Shown piece after piece: positions 24,544-35,685 of a stretch of 39,279 nt of DNA; position 1 is the stretch's first letter, and each line of letters opens with the position of its first letter. The notes below the pieces were generated by a model. That model was not told where the DNA came from. It did not search any database and saw only the letters and a list, made by a program, of their open reading frames with translations. The stretch is from Seison nebaliae (lineage: Eukaryota). Location of the stretch: assembly GCA_023231475.1 (NCBI GenBank), contig JALJEE010000911.1, positions 1 through 39,279 of the forward strand, in the 5' to 3' direction. Made by a program: the position numbers and the translations under genes.

Positions 24544-25267
24544 TTATGAACTAGATACTAAATGAATAATAAAATATATATAGATAGATAATTAACAATT
24601 TGATAACTAATTTTAACTTACTTCGAGTTGTTGAGTTTCCGGACGGACGTTTAGATTCTTTCTCCATAAATTCCGAATACAATCTTTCCTCTCTCGTAGT
24701 TGCACGATCTAATAACGCTAATTGTTTACTCTCTTCAGTGAATTGTCGAAATGCTATTAGAGATTTGAAATTGAATTTTTCTTTTACATCAAAATTAATT
24801 TACCTGGATTATGTCTCCACAATTTTGATGTTACTGCAGTATTCATTTTCATTTCTAATTAGAAGGAATGATAATTAGAATGATTGTTTGTTGGAAAATT
24901 AATTTTTTACTTTTACGCATATCTGCTGCATGTAACTCCAATTCTATTCTATGTTTCTCTTCCTCTTTCAATCTCTTCTCTTCAGCAATTCTTTCAGCTT
25001 CTTTCCTTTCCATTTCTGTGATTTTTTCAAATTTAGAAATAAATCTTTTCTACCCAATTGAACCTTTTACTTCATATTTTTGAACAAATTCATCAATTAC
25101 ATTCGTCGCGTTAAACGGATCGATAGTACTACGATCAATTTGATCTGAAAATTTTCATGAATGAAAATCATTCAAAAAGAGGAGAAACTTCTATCTAATT
25201 TTCTTCTTATTTGCCTTATGGAAACATTTGATTGTGTTGAACGTTCTTCGTCCTTCCTGGAACTCAT
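24544..25267 (-). CDS. Orphan charged/coiled-coil protein, 153 aa. 6 exons: 25267-25189, 25144-25064, 25015-24911, 24854-24804, 24753-24622, 24557-24544
   Basis: Five GT-AG introns of 44-64 nt join into one open frame: MSSRKDEERS...NQIDRSTIDPF...EMERKEAERIAEEKRLKEEEKHR...KLWRHNPAFRQF...ISSS*. The last exon is less certain. Confidence 0.7.
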
Positions 25268-25606
25268 TTTCTCAACTGATATATTTGACGGAAACTTAAG
25301 AAATAACGACGACAAAAATAAGATAAAAATATAAAACAAAAAAATCGCCAAACTAATTTCTCTAAATGAATTCAATCAAACATTTCAATTATTAAGAATA
25401 ATTATAAAACTTATAAAAAATTCAAAACAATAAATGTAAAAAAATGAGGAAATTGAAAAACTTATTAATTATGACAGTCATTCAATCTTATGATTAATTC
25501 AATCAAATTAAAATTATTATGATATATGAGGAAATTGAATGTTTAATTTATTTCATTTGAAAATATTTGACAATAACTAGAAAATTTTAAATAAAAAAAA
25601 GTTGTT

Positions 25607-26473
25607 TCATTCCATCAGTTGATCTTTCTCCTCCTCCTCTTTCTCAATTATCGTTTCATTTTTCGTTGTCTCAATTTCTTTTTCCGGTTCAATTTCTTTC
25701 TCTTTTTCATTTAAATCAATCTCTGGTGTATCATTCGTTTTCGTATCAGTAACTTCTTCACATTCTTTCATTTTCGGTAAAGATTTTTCTTCAATCACTT
25801 TCTCTTTTCCTACCACAAATTTCTCACAACGTTCCTTCAATATATTTTCCGTCACGTCATCCAATTCCATTTTCTCATTTTTCAAATGATTGATATGTTC
25901 ATTGATGATTTTTTCCACAATAATATCATTTGAAATATTCTCCGAATTTTCTTTTTTCTCCTCGTCATTTATATGATCGTTGAATTCTTCTATTTGTTTT
26001 CTCACATCCTCAATTTCCACCGGTTTCATTTTCATATCTTCATCCACTAACAGATTTTTAACACCGAAATTTAATGCATTCAAATGAACGTCAACTAATT
26101 CATCAGAATATTTAATTTTTTGCAAATAATCCGACATCAAATTTTTCGCCGTACGATTATTTGATAAATGAAACGGTTTGTATTTTAATGGAAGTTGTAA
26201 CATTTCCGTATTGTTCTCCTTCATATACTCCACAGAAGATGAGTCTAATTTAATATTTCTCTCTTGTGCCAATGCATATTCCAATAATTGAACTCTCCTT
26301 CGCAATTGTTCCGTCGTTCTTTGTTCTTCGTCATATAACGTTTGCAAATAAGTGATTCTCGTCTCCGATTCTGCCAACATCAATTCACAATCATGTCTCA
26401 AAGTTGCGTCTGTAGTAACTCGATTTAAGATTTCCACCAACATCTCCAAAGGAGATCTTTCGACGTCATTCAT
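25607..26473 (-). CDS. Striatin-family N-terminal coiled-coil protein lacking WD40 repeats, 288 aa
   Basis: RITYLQ...LRRRVQLLEYALAQER matches striatin QIAFLQ...LVRRIKMLEYALKQER. NLMSDYLQKIKYSDELVDV matches LLRQYLQEVGYTDTILDV. An E/K-rich tail and stop follow. Confidence 0.75.
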   Translation of the reverse strand: MNDVERSPLEMLVEILNRVTTDATLRHDCELMLAESETRITYLQTLYDEEQRTTEQLRRRVQLLEYALAQERNIKLDSSSVEYMKENNTEMLQLPLKYKPFHLSNNRTAKNLMSDYLQKIKYSDELVDVHLNALNFGVKNLLVDEDMKMKPVEIEDVRKQIEEFNDHINDEEKKENSENISNDIIVEKIINEHINHLKNEKMELDDVTENILKERCEKFVVGKEKVIEEKSLPKMKECEEVTDTKTNDTPEIDLNEKEKEIEPEKEIETTKNETIIEKEEEEKDQLME

Positions 26474-26784
26474 TTTCTATAGATAAATTCAGTATCGAGT
26501 TTGTTAAGTTCCGAACGACAATTTTATTTATGAGAGGAAAATCTTCACAATAATCCAATTAAATTGTATAAAACATTTGAAAACGAAAATTTTTATTTTT
26601 TGGGAATTTTCTTATAAGTTCAAAAGTTGAGCTCGGTCACCAAAGCTCTATCATCATTCTTTTCAGTCAGTTAGACACTGATCAATAACGATTAATTAAT
26701 CATTCGTTATTTGTGAGATGTAAAATGAGGAACATTTAATTTTGCTAGAGTGTATATTGTTATTTTATTGTGTATAATTTGTTC

Positions 26785-26873
26785 ATTTTGAAGTTTTGTT
26801 GGATAATTTTGAAGTTTTGTTTGAAAATTTTGAAGTTTTGTTTGAAAATTTGGAGTTTTATTTTGGATAATTT
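26785..26873. repeat. 21-bp tandem repeat, about 4 copies (ATTTTGAAGTTTTGTTKGAWA)
   Basis: Units start at 26785, 26806, 26827 and 26848; the fourth is degenerate. Confidence 0.8.
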
Positions 26874-27288
26874 CTGATTTTTGAATTAAATTAAATTCCT
26901 TTGAGAAGTTGAGTATTTGACCAGTTTGAATGAAAGAATTTCATTTAATAAACACCTTCTTCTCATTATTGAGTTGGCAGAGAAAATTTTTTTGAATGAG
27001 TAAGATAAAAATTGAAGAGAATTGAAAAGAAAAAGCAGTTGAGTTAGAAAATATTTAAACAAAGGAAGAAATAACGACTTTCGTTAAGTGCACTATATCA
27101 GCGCAAATTTATATTAAAAGCGAAATGGGACAATTGAATAAGGTATTCTTGGAGAAAAGTAAAATAAATTTTTAGTTATTGAATATCACAATATTGTCAT
27201 ACTTAACATCTCATTCAATCGAACGAAACGGTTCCTTTATTGGACACGATACATTTTCTGTTGATTCGGAACTGATTCCATCGACCTC

Positions 27289-30200
27289 ATGTATATGAAG
27301 AAGAGTCACGTGTTCATCGTCAACATCTCCTTCATCGTGTTGATGGGTTAGTCAGTTCATCCTCCTCCACCTGATATCTCTCCTGTAGTAATATGGATAT
27401 TTTTTGTCTCCATTCTCCAGTATGATGTATCAACAAAACTGACGCAAATATCGCGAAATTATTCGAAGATGATTAATGTGCGGAATGTGGACATTCCTCG
27501 GAAGAAACCTTCAAAGCTGTTAGCACCTAAAATGTTCGTCCTTCAAACTTCATCGGACTGGAATTCTCTTCTTCATTAGATTAAAGTTTGTTGCTCAAAC
27601 TGAAGTTAGCACAAAATTCCGAGCGAAGCGCGATACCTGCACCGGTCAACAATGTTTCCCCGTACAAAGTGCGAACGTCGGTACTCTTAAATATTTAATA
27701 TATGAATTTATTCATCGTTTGAATAATGAAATGAAAGTTGATCATTTCAAATAATTGACTGGCGATCAACTTCTCTTTTCCACTTCCAGGGAATACGTCG
27801 AGCTGTCCGTCATGCTGACTCATTTATTAATCACGAACTTGGTGTATATTTGGCTTCGATATCAGATGCTCAACGAATAATTATTCGTGGCAGTCTCTTA
27901 GGTGCAAATACTGATTTATTTCAATGTTGCCTCTAAATAGTAATGTCATTTCTTTCCGATAGAATACGTCCGGACAAATCTCCATCAATTGGCATTGAAA
28001 CATTTGATAACTGATTGTTCATCTTGTGTGAAATTAGTGTTGAAGAAAAGAAGTATCGAATCTGCAGGTTAATATTTTAATTCGTAATTTACATTTTGAA
28101 TTTCTTTTTAATGATGTGTAGATGAATTGACGTCGAGAATTTTACATCAGAATGAGGAGAATATGGGATCATATCGGCATATTGTGAGATCGTGCGATGA
28201 TTGTCTTACGGAGAAAGTGGGATCTCACGCTGATAATTTGGTTAATAACGAATTATCTCACGACAGTTTATTTTCGCCTGAACAATTCGATAATGAGGCA
28301 TTTAATGCTAAAAAATTAGACGATATCAATAATTTTGAAATGAGGGACCGTAAGAATAGTCATGCAAAAAATTTAGAAGACGACTTAGTAGGCTTAACAG
28401 CGGGTCTGCGTGATAGTGATGGTGAAAGTAACAGATTTGAACAGTTTGGCTTTGGTCATCAAAAGAAAAGGACACCCGAAGATTATTCATCACCCGAGAA
28501 AGATTCAGAAAGGTTGTTATTGGACGAAATTAGTTTGAAAATGAGGAATAAGGACATGAAGTTAGCTGACGAGGAGCCATCCCAAAATTTCCGTAGTTAT
28601 GGTGATGGTGAAGAAGAGAATAAGGACGTGAACGCTTTGGATTTCGAACAATTGATGAAAGATGATAAAACTATGGAAAATTATCACCGATTAAAACGGT
28701 CGTTATCACAATTAACGAAACGAAGGAAAGTGACAGCTTTCCACGAGAACCGTCATCATAATAAAACCATCAAACAAAAAGGGAAAGAAACTCAGACAGA
28801 AGCACATGAACATGGCACCAAAAGAAGTTCCAACGGATTTTCCGATGAAGATTCCGAGAACAAACAAGATGATTCTGATGTGATAATTCGAAAAGAGAAA
28901 AGTCCCTCAGATTTCTATGATACTTCCGAAGTTTCTCCCGATCTTAGGTCGTTCATATCTTGGCTTTCTGATATCGATAATTCCGCAGCAAATTCGTATA
29001 AAAAGTTCATTGAATCCAGAAAGTTCTTACCCTATTTGGTGTCCTTTTCACAAATGCTCTACAATATGGAAAAGAACGCAATTTCAGCAAGAAATAAGAA
29101 AGTGTCAGTGAAAGCTTACGATACCGCTGATTGTGATAAGAAAACCATCATCATCAAAGAACCTGGACAATTATTGCAACCAACAACAACACCACTTCCC
29201 AGTGACAGATGGCTACCGAAGACCTTATTGAAAGAAGTGGAGAGGAAGATTAGTGCGACGGATAAGATCTGGTTCCATGTTCTCTATTTGAAGTTACGAG
29301 ATAATAATTGTCCGAAACGAATTGTTCGTTATCTTCGCGCATTGAAGAAAGGATCGATTGCATTAGATAGTAGTTTATTTAAATATTTGAAAGTAGTGGA
29401 ACGTTGTCTGTATTATTATACGACATTCAATAAGAAGATTAAGGACATAGCTAATAGAGATTATTCCAAACTTAATGCACAGGAGATTTATGCCATTATT
29501 GTTAATCCTGATAATCATCAATCCCTTAAAATAAAACTTAATTTCGATGCTGATACAAATACATTTGTCCCTGAAGGAATTAATGCTAAGGATAACGCCC
29601 TTGATTCTTCACAGGTATTACGAGCTCTATATCCGTTTAGGACGACAACTGAAGCCCCAAGAGGTCTCCCGAGAACTAAGGTTATCACTGTTCATACGGC
29701 CGGTAAGGTAAGTAGAAAGAGGGCTTCTAGTTTTAAGCCAAGTGATGATGATTCAAAAGATGATGATCCAAAGGATGACGAACTAAAAGATGATGATTTA
29801 AAAGACGACGAAGAGAAGAACGATGAAATGAAAGACGACGATTCCAGAGATGAAGATGCTGCTAACGATGTTTTATTGAAGAGTGTAGCAGATGATGACG
29901 TCAATCATGTGGTGAGCAATATTCGTAATATGATGGAGAATAATCGAAATATCAAAATTAACGATCCAACTATCAGTAAAGAGATGCCGAGTCTCTCAGG
30001 AAATTTCGCTTCAATCTTCAAAATCGATGAAGGTGATTATGGAGACGAAGACGAAGAAGAGAATCGTAAACCTCAAGAACCTTCAGAAGACTATAATGAA
30101 GTAAAGCGACCGTTCCTTTCCTCCATTGCCATACCGAATAATGAAAGACATTATCATATCCCTCAAATGCCCGAACCTCCGGTGACAATGGTGGAGAATG

Positions 30201-31777
30201 TAGTGGAACAAGTTCCAGTGGCTATTGAACAACCGGTCGTTCATGAGGAACAAATTGTGGTACATAAACCAGCTAGTATTCCAGATTTGAAGAATTATTT
30301 GAATGCCCAAATGCATCCGAACAAATTGAAGAGTTATTCGAAATATGTAGTGAAGACACATCATCCGTCCAGATTTCCAGGTAAATTCTTTTTCAGCGGT
30401 TTTAGAAAATTCAAATTTCCTAAGTATCGTCAACGGATACGACGATCAGCGATGAAGATCAAAGTAAACGATTTCATTCGAAAAGAAATGCAGCAGATTC
30501 TCGATCGTGAAAATGATGATAATATTATCACCATTAATAATCCATTAGTCAGTAAACACGTCTTGGCAATGATTGAGAATTTGCGATCGATGAAAAAGTT
30601 GAAGGAGGATAAGAAAATGGAAGAAATGACAAAGAAATTGGAACGATTTGAAAAATCGAGTGGCTTCCCATCAATGAATACACAGAATATTTTCAATGAA
30701 GAATTTTTGAAAAATATGTCCACTAAATTTGTACCGTCTTTCATTTATGTCAATTCTTCATCAAATGTCCCAATGCTCGTTCCTGTTATGATTCCACAAT
30801 CCGGTACGACTACATCGGTCGTTGAAAATGAAAGTTCAATTTTTTCAAATTATTTACCTCTTATTTCCATTTCGAATGTAGTTAAAATTCAAAAGAAAGA
30901 TAAAGATTTATCATCGGCTATTGAATTATGTAATGGTGTTGCTAAAACGAAAGATGAATTGACTTTCTGTTTGAAACAACATTTTCATTTACAGAAATTG
31001 AATGAAAATGATACCTTAAGGAAGAAACGAAGTGTTGACGATTCGCCAATTGAAGAGAGTGTGGAACAATCACCGGAAGATTCAGTGAAGAATGTGCGTA
31101 AACGAGACGGTGCAGACACTGAGGTTGGTCGACGAGAATCCGTACAATCGTATGCAGATATGGATAATTCAGGTACGGATTCGAAAACGTCAAATCTCCA
31201 AAGCGATATACAATCGCCAAATCAATTTTTCGCTCAGAAATCCATTTCACAATACTCTCCTTATTATGTAGGCAATAACGAAGTTCATTATATTGGTGAT
31301 GGACATAATCATCTTGGTCAGATGTACGGAACTTCATTGGGTTTCTCTTCGGCTAAGCGAGACAGTGTATTACCATATATGTACGGACAAGAATCAATGG
31401 CTGTTTCTCCTTATGCCGGAGGTATGCCTTCGCCTTATTCCGGTATGATGATGATGAAATCCAACGCGTTTCCTCATTACCAAAAGAATCTTTATGATGA
31501 TCAATCTCTTTATCTGCAACCATATTCCTCGTCATATTATCAAAAACGAATTCGTAGAGATACCGATGTCAAAGTTAAACGAAAGGTACATCATTTCCAT
31601 ATCGATGATCCTCTCGATAACGATTATGATGGTACAGCTGAGAAAAAGATGAAAATTGAACAGGATCAACCCGATCAGGCACTTGAAGGCAAGTTCCGTA
31701 TATTAAAAGGAGAAGCTAAAACGATGGATCTCAAATCGAAATCAATGGAAAACGCACAGATTATAAAAGACAATTGA
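27289..31777 (+). CDS. Large secreted or membrane-anchored precursor with many furin/convertase sites, about 1390 aa. 6 exons: 27289-27346, 27389-27533, 27580-27676, 27790-27901, 27963-28067, 28122-31777
   Basis: Five small upstream exons splice in frame into ORF 28127..31777 (4173 nt in total). They add a hydrophobic N-terminus, MYMKKSHVFIVNISFIVLMVIWIFFVSILQ. The donors of introns 2 and 3 have in-phase alternatives, so those boundaries are uncertain. Confidence 0.72.
29743..29856 (+). repeat. Coding 15-bp (5-aa) acidic repeat of the KDDDx type
   Basis: Encodes DDDSKDDDPKDDELKDDDLKDDEEKNDEMKDDDSRDED. Confidence 0.75.
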
Positions 31778-32111
31778 AAAACTTCGAATATATCTACTTT
31801 TTCAAAGAATTAAATGAAATTTCAAATAAAATTTCGACTAAAATAAAATTTTCTGATCAATTCCTTATTTTTAATCATTGATCTCCTTTTTATGACATAA
31901 CATGTTTAATGTTTAGTTAATTGAACAAGTTTATTATTAAATTTAATCACACATTAGGAAATACACGCCATGAGATACACAATAACTGCCATGAGAAAGA
32001 TTACTTTGTAATATATATTAAAGAAAAACTGTTTTATTTAAATTTATAGTTATTTGTAGTGTATTAATATAATTATTAACGTTTCTATTCATTAGCTAAA
32101 ATCCAATTCGT

Positions 32112-32738
32112 TTAGTCCACCACATAATCGTCCAGAACAATGTAAGAAGAGGCTGAATTATAACATCCGTTTGAATTACCACATTCTCCATTTCTCATTT
32201 CATCTGTAATTTCTGCTGACAGTTGCTTCATTGATACTTTTCGTCTTTTTTGATTAGTAGAAAAATTTATACTGACGGCACTATCTTCTCTCATTTTACC
32301 ACATAGGGTGGCGAAACCATCCGAATCAACATAACTGTCTATATAAGGACCATCTGTAGTTCCAACAAATTGTTTAGTGTAATCGGGAACACTGTTTTTC
32401 CACAGATTGCAATTGGTAATAAATTCCAATCCAGAAGTTTTCTTCCACACATATGCGTTCTGTTTTGCTGAATATTGGATGTCGAATATCATTTTCCTAT
32501 CAGTAATGGTCGAATCCAGAAATGTTAGTAAGTGACTGTCAATAAAACTCAACATTGTTGTATTCAGTTTATCACAATAGCTACGACGTTTATATAAAAA
32601 TTTATCAACAACATCCGTTATATGTAATTCGAATCGGACACCATTGGCTCTTGTGTATGTGACGGTAATAATGTCACTAGAGTAATGTTTGAACATGAAA
32701 AAAGAAAAAACATAGATAGGAAACAAGTTATTATGCAT
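32112..32738 (-). CDS. Secreted divergent C-type-lectin-like protein, copy 1, 208 aa
   Basis: Signal peptide. The pattern RSYCDKLNTTML...AYVW...LWKNSVPD...FATLCGK resembles the CTLD scaffold. No EPN/QPD or WND motif. Clear paralog of 35065..35685. Confidence 0.65.
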   Translation of the reverse strand: MHNNLFPIYVFSFFMFKHYSSDIITVTYTRANGVRFELHITDVVDKFLYKRRSYCDKLNTTMLSFIDSHLLTFLDSTITDRKMIFDIQYSAKQNAYVWKKTSGLEFITNCNLWKNSVPDYTKQFVGTTDGPYIDSYVDSDGFATLCGKMREDSAVSINFSTNQKRRKVSMKQLSAEITDEMRNGECGNSNGCYNSASSYIVLDDYVVD

Positions 32739-33657
32739 ATCTAAAAAAATGATACGAGATTAATATAAATAAAAGATTAATCTTGAATTCAAGATTAGGT
32801 AATCATAAAGTATTATTAGATTCGTGATCTAACAATAAAAAGAAATTGTATTGTAAGAAAAATGATTCAAATAATTATTTTCTATATTTCCATAAATATT
32901 CTACGTTTAATATTACAACGAAAAATTACACAAATTCTTCAACACATCTTAAGATGGTTATTTAAAAATAATTCGTTATATGATGTCAATGAGGGAATTT
33001 ACGATATCACATCATGTGATATTTTTCGACAATTTTCGATCCTGATTAAAAAATTTGAAATACTTATTATTGATCATTTCAAACTATAATTATATACAAT
33101 AGATATTATAGATCATATTTTTGTGGCTTTATCGTAAACTTTCATCTATATACACTCTGTTAACAGAAGTATAGTCAACTAGTTTTAAACTGACCGAAGC
33201 AATGAATATAATTTTTCTTTAATAGTTCGTTTCTCCAAATATATAATTCAGATGGATAATTAAATAAATTGTTTGGAAAATTACCGATAATCTAACTATA
33301 TTATGCTATTAAACATTGAATAAAACGGTTCAGGTAATTACATATTATATCCAGGTATATCCAACGCAAATCATAGGACGTGTAAAAAATGAGTTATATT
33401 ATAAAATATCCTATTGAATTCCATGTTCAACGGAGAAAATTTAATAATTATATATATTATGAAGTTGAACGCACTATACATACGAAAAAAAAAACTTTTC
33501 AGTTGTTTTAACCATTTCCAAAAGAAAAATTAAAGATCGATATTAAATTTTCGATGTCAATTTTATTCTTGGATAACTATTATGCAATAAGTATACTTTA
33601 CTGCAGTGGTTCTAGAGGAAAAACATTCAAATCATCGTACTTCACATAACATTATAT

Positions 33658-33706
33658 TTAAGTAGAAGTATTACAATTATACATTATACATTATACTTCT
33701 ACTTAA
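33658..33706. repeat. Short inverted repeat with 14-bp arms, TTAAGTAGAAGTAT...ATACTTCTACTTAA
   Basis: Perfect arms that begin and end with TTAA, around a spacer with TTATACA repeats. Confidence 0.7.
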
Positions 33707-34368
33707 GTGGTAGTTTAGTTCCATCTTCTCCTCAACGATTAATCCCGTCCTCTAGTTAGTAAACTGAACATAGGACAAAGTCAATTTTCTTCTCCATCAT
33801 ACCTAATACCATGGTAAAGGTTCTCAATAACAAACCATTCCAAATACAACAACAACGAATGCTAATTCCAAGAATAATATATTTTGTTAAAACTAATGAA
33901 TTAAGTTACACCCTAAAATAGTAACAATTAAGAAGGACTAAATAAGATGACGACCACGAGATAACAAATCCATGGAAGGATGACAAAGTGTTGATGAAAA
34001 GACTACAAAGCTGGAATAAACTTACTTTAGATCTGATTTTGTCAATGGACGCTGTTGACTTCAAGCAATTGTCAATTCTACTACCCACGAATATGAGATC
34101 TTTGCATACTACTTATCAAAATTCCATTTAGCGAGATAAGATGGTTCAATTAGTCAGAATTTTCGACTTTCTTGTGTTACATCAAATTCCAATCATAAAC
34201 GGGCTTCAGATTTTTGATGAATTTGCGCAGATTATCTTTCAGCTTTGATTATCGGCTAATGTAAGATCTCCCGGATAGTTTCCTATGAGAAAGAGAATCG
34301 GTTATTGTATGAAATTATTACATCGTCAAACATTTTTCTGAATTAGGAGATTTCTAGGAGATTAAGAA

Positions 34369-34559
34369 GGAATCTTGATGGATTCCATGATTGGATACTT
34401 GTTTCCAATGCATCCATTCATTCTTATTCGATCAGTCGAATCCTTCGATAACAATTTTCGACTTAAGTTGATGAAGCGTAAACTTAACTCATCCACACCT
34501 GCATTAAGTAATTTTTCAATGCCATTGTCAACATTGACGAAAGTGAAAGCTTTGAAAGT
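34369..34559 (-). pseudogene. Possible decayed exon resembling a protein-kinase C-lobe end
   Basis: After a TTCAG acceptor the frame reads TFKAFTFVNVDNGIEKLLNAGVDELSLRFINLSRKLLSKDSTDRIRMNGCIGNKY, similar to LIxxLLxxDPxxRI. The upstream frame contains stops. Confidence 0.25.
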
Positions 34560-35064
34560 CTGAAGTTAAGGTTTATCAAAAAAACACATGAAACATAATT
34601 ATTTTTAACGTTTGTGAACCATCGATTATGTGCCGGATGAGGAAAACAAGAGATAATGTTCTTCTATTCCTCTATCTTTTTCAATAGCGGTTCTTCAGCG
34701 ATTTTGATTTAAATCTGATCAAGTTGGATATTTCCTTTTGTAGATTATTTACTATCTTCAGAATTATTTCAGGGATCATATCATGGAAGAACGATGCTCA
34801 TTAGTAATAAACACCTAATTCAGAGATCATAATGAACTCCATTACGATCGATTATAAATTATATCTCTTACGAAATGGTATAAGAATATAAAGATTTTAT
34901 TTAATTTTTATGAAAATTATGCCGAGAAAAAAATTAAATTAAAGAATGTTTTGAATACGGTTTAGATTTGTCACGAATTTCTCCATCATATTTTTTTGTA
35001 TAAGTGAAAATTGTCTTTCATACCATTGTTAATGTTTCTACTTCCTAACTAAAAGCCAATGCAT

Positions 35065-35685
35065 TTAGTTCACCACATAATCATCAAGAACAGTATGAAG
35101 TGAAGATGGATTATAACATCCGTTTGAACTATCAAATGCTCCATTTCTCATTTCATCTGTAATCTCACCTGACAATTGCCTTATTGATACATTTCGTCTT
35201 TCTTGATCAGTCGAAAAATTTATACTGACGTAACTATCTTCTCTCATTTTACCACATATTGTCGCAAAATTTTTCGGTTCCTTATAACTGTTTATATGAG
35301 AACCATTTGAAATTCCAACAAATTTTTTTGAAAACTCCGGAACATTGTTTTTCCACAGATTGCAATTGGTATATAATTCCATCTTAGTAGTTTTTTCCCA
35401 TAAATATGCATTCTTAGATTCATCTCCTAGGATGTTGAATATTACTTTCCTGTCAGTAATGGTCGAATCCAGAAATGTTAGTAAATGATTGTCAATAAAA
35501 CCCAACATTGTTGTATTTAAATTTGTACAAAATGAACGACGGTTATATAAAAATTGAGTGGAAGCATCCGATATATGTAATTCGAATTTGACACCATTGG
35601 CTCTTTTGTATACAATGTTAATCATGTCACTAGAACTAAAATTAAACATAGAACAGGTAATAACGCTGATGATAATTAAATACAT
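35065..35685 (-). CDS. Secreted divergent C-type-lectin-like protein, copy 2, 206 aa
   Basis: Shares long identical blocks with copy 1: RANGV, HLLTFLDSTITDRK, TNCNLWKN, CGKMREDS, EITDEMRNG, SNGCYN and VLDDYVV. Confidence 0.65.
   Translation of the reverse strand: MYLIIISVITCSMFNFSSSDMINIVYKRANGVKFELHISDASTQFLYNRRSFCTNLNTTMLGFIDNHLLTFLDSTITDRKVIFNILGDESKNAYLWEKTTKMELYTNCNLWKNNVPEFSKKFVGISNGSHINSYKEPKNFATICGKMREDSYVSINFSTDQERRNVSIRQLSGEITDEMRNGAFDSSNGCYNPSSLHTVLDDYVVN

Noticed and set aside
28917..31535. Overlapping and antisense ORFs within the large precursor gene
   Set aside because: They are low-complexity mirror translations with no independent support.
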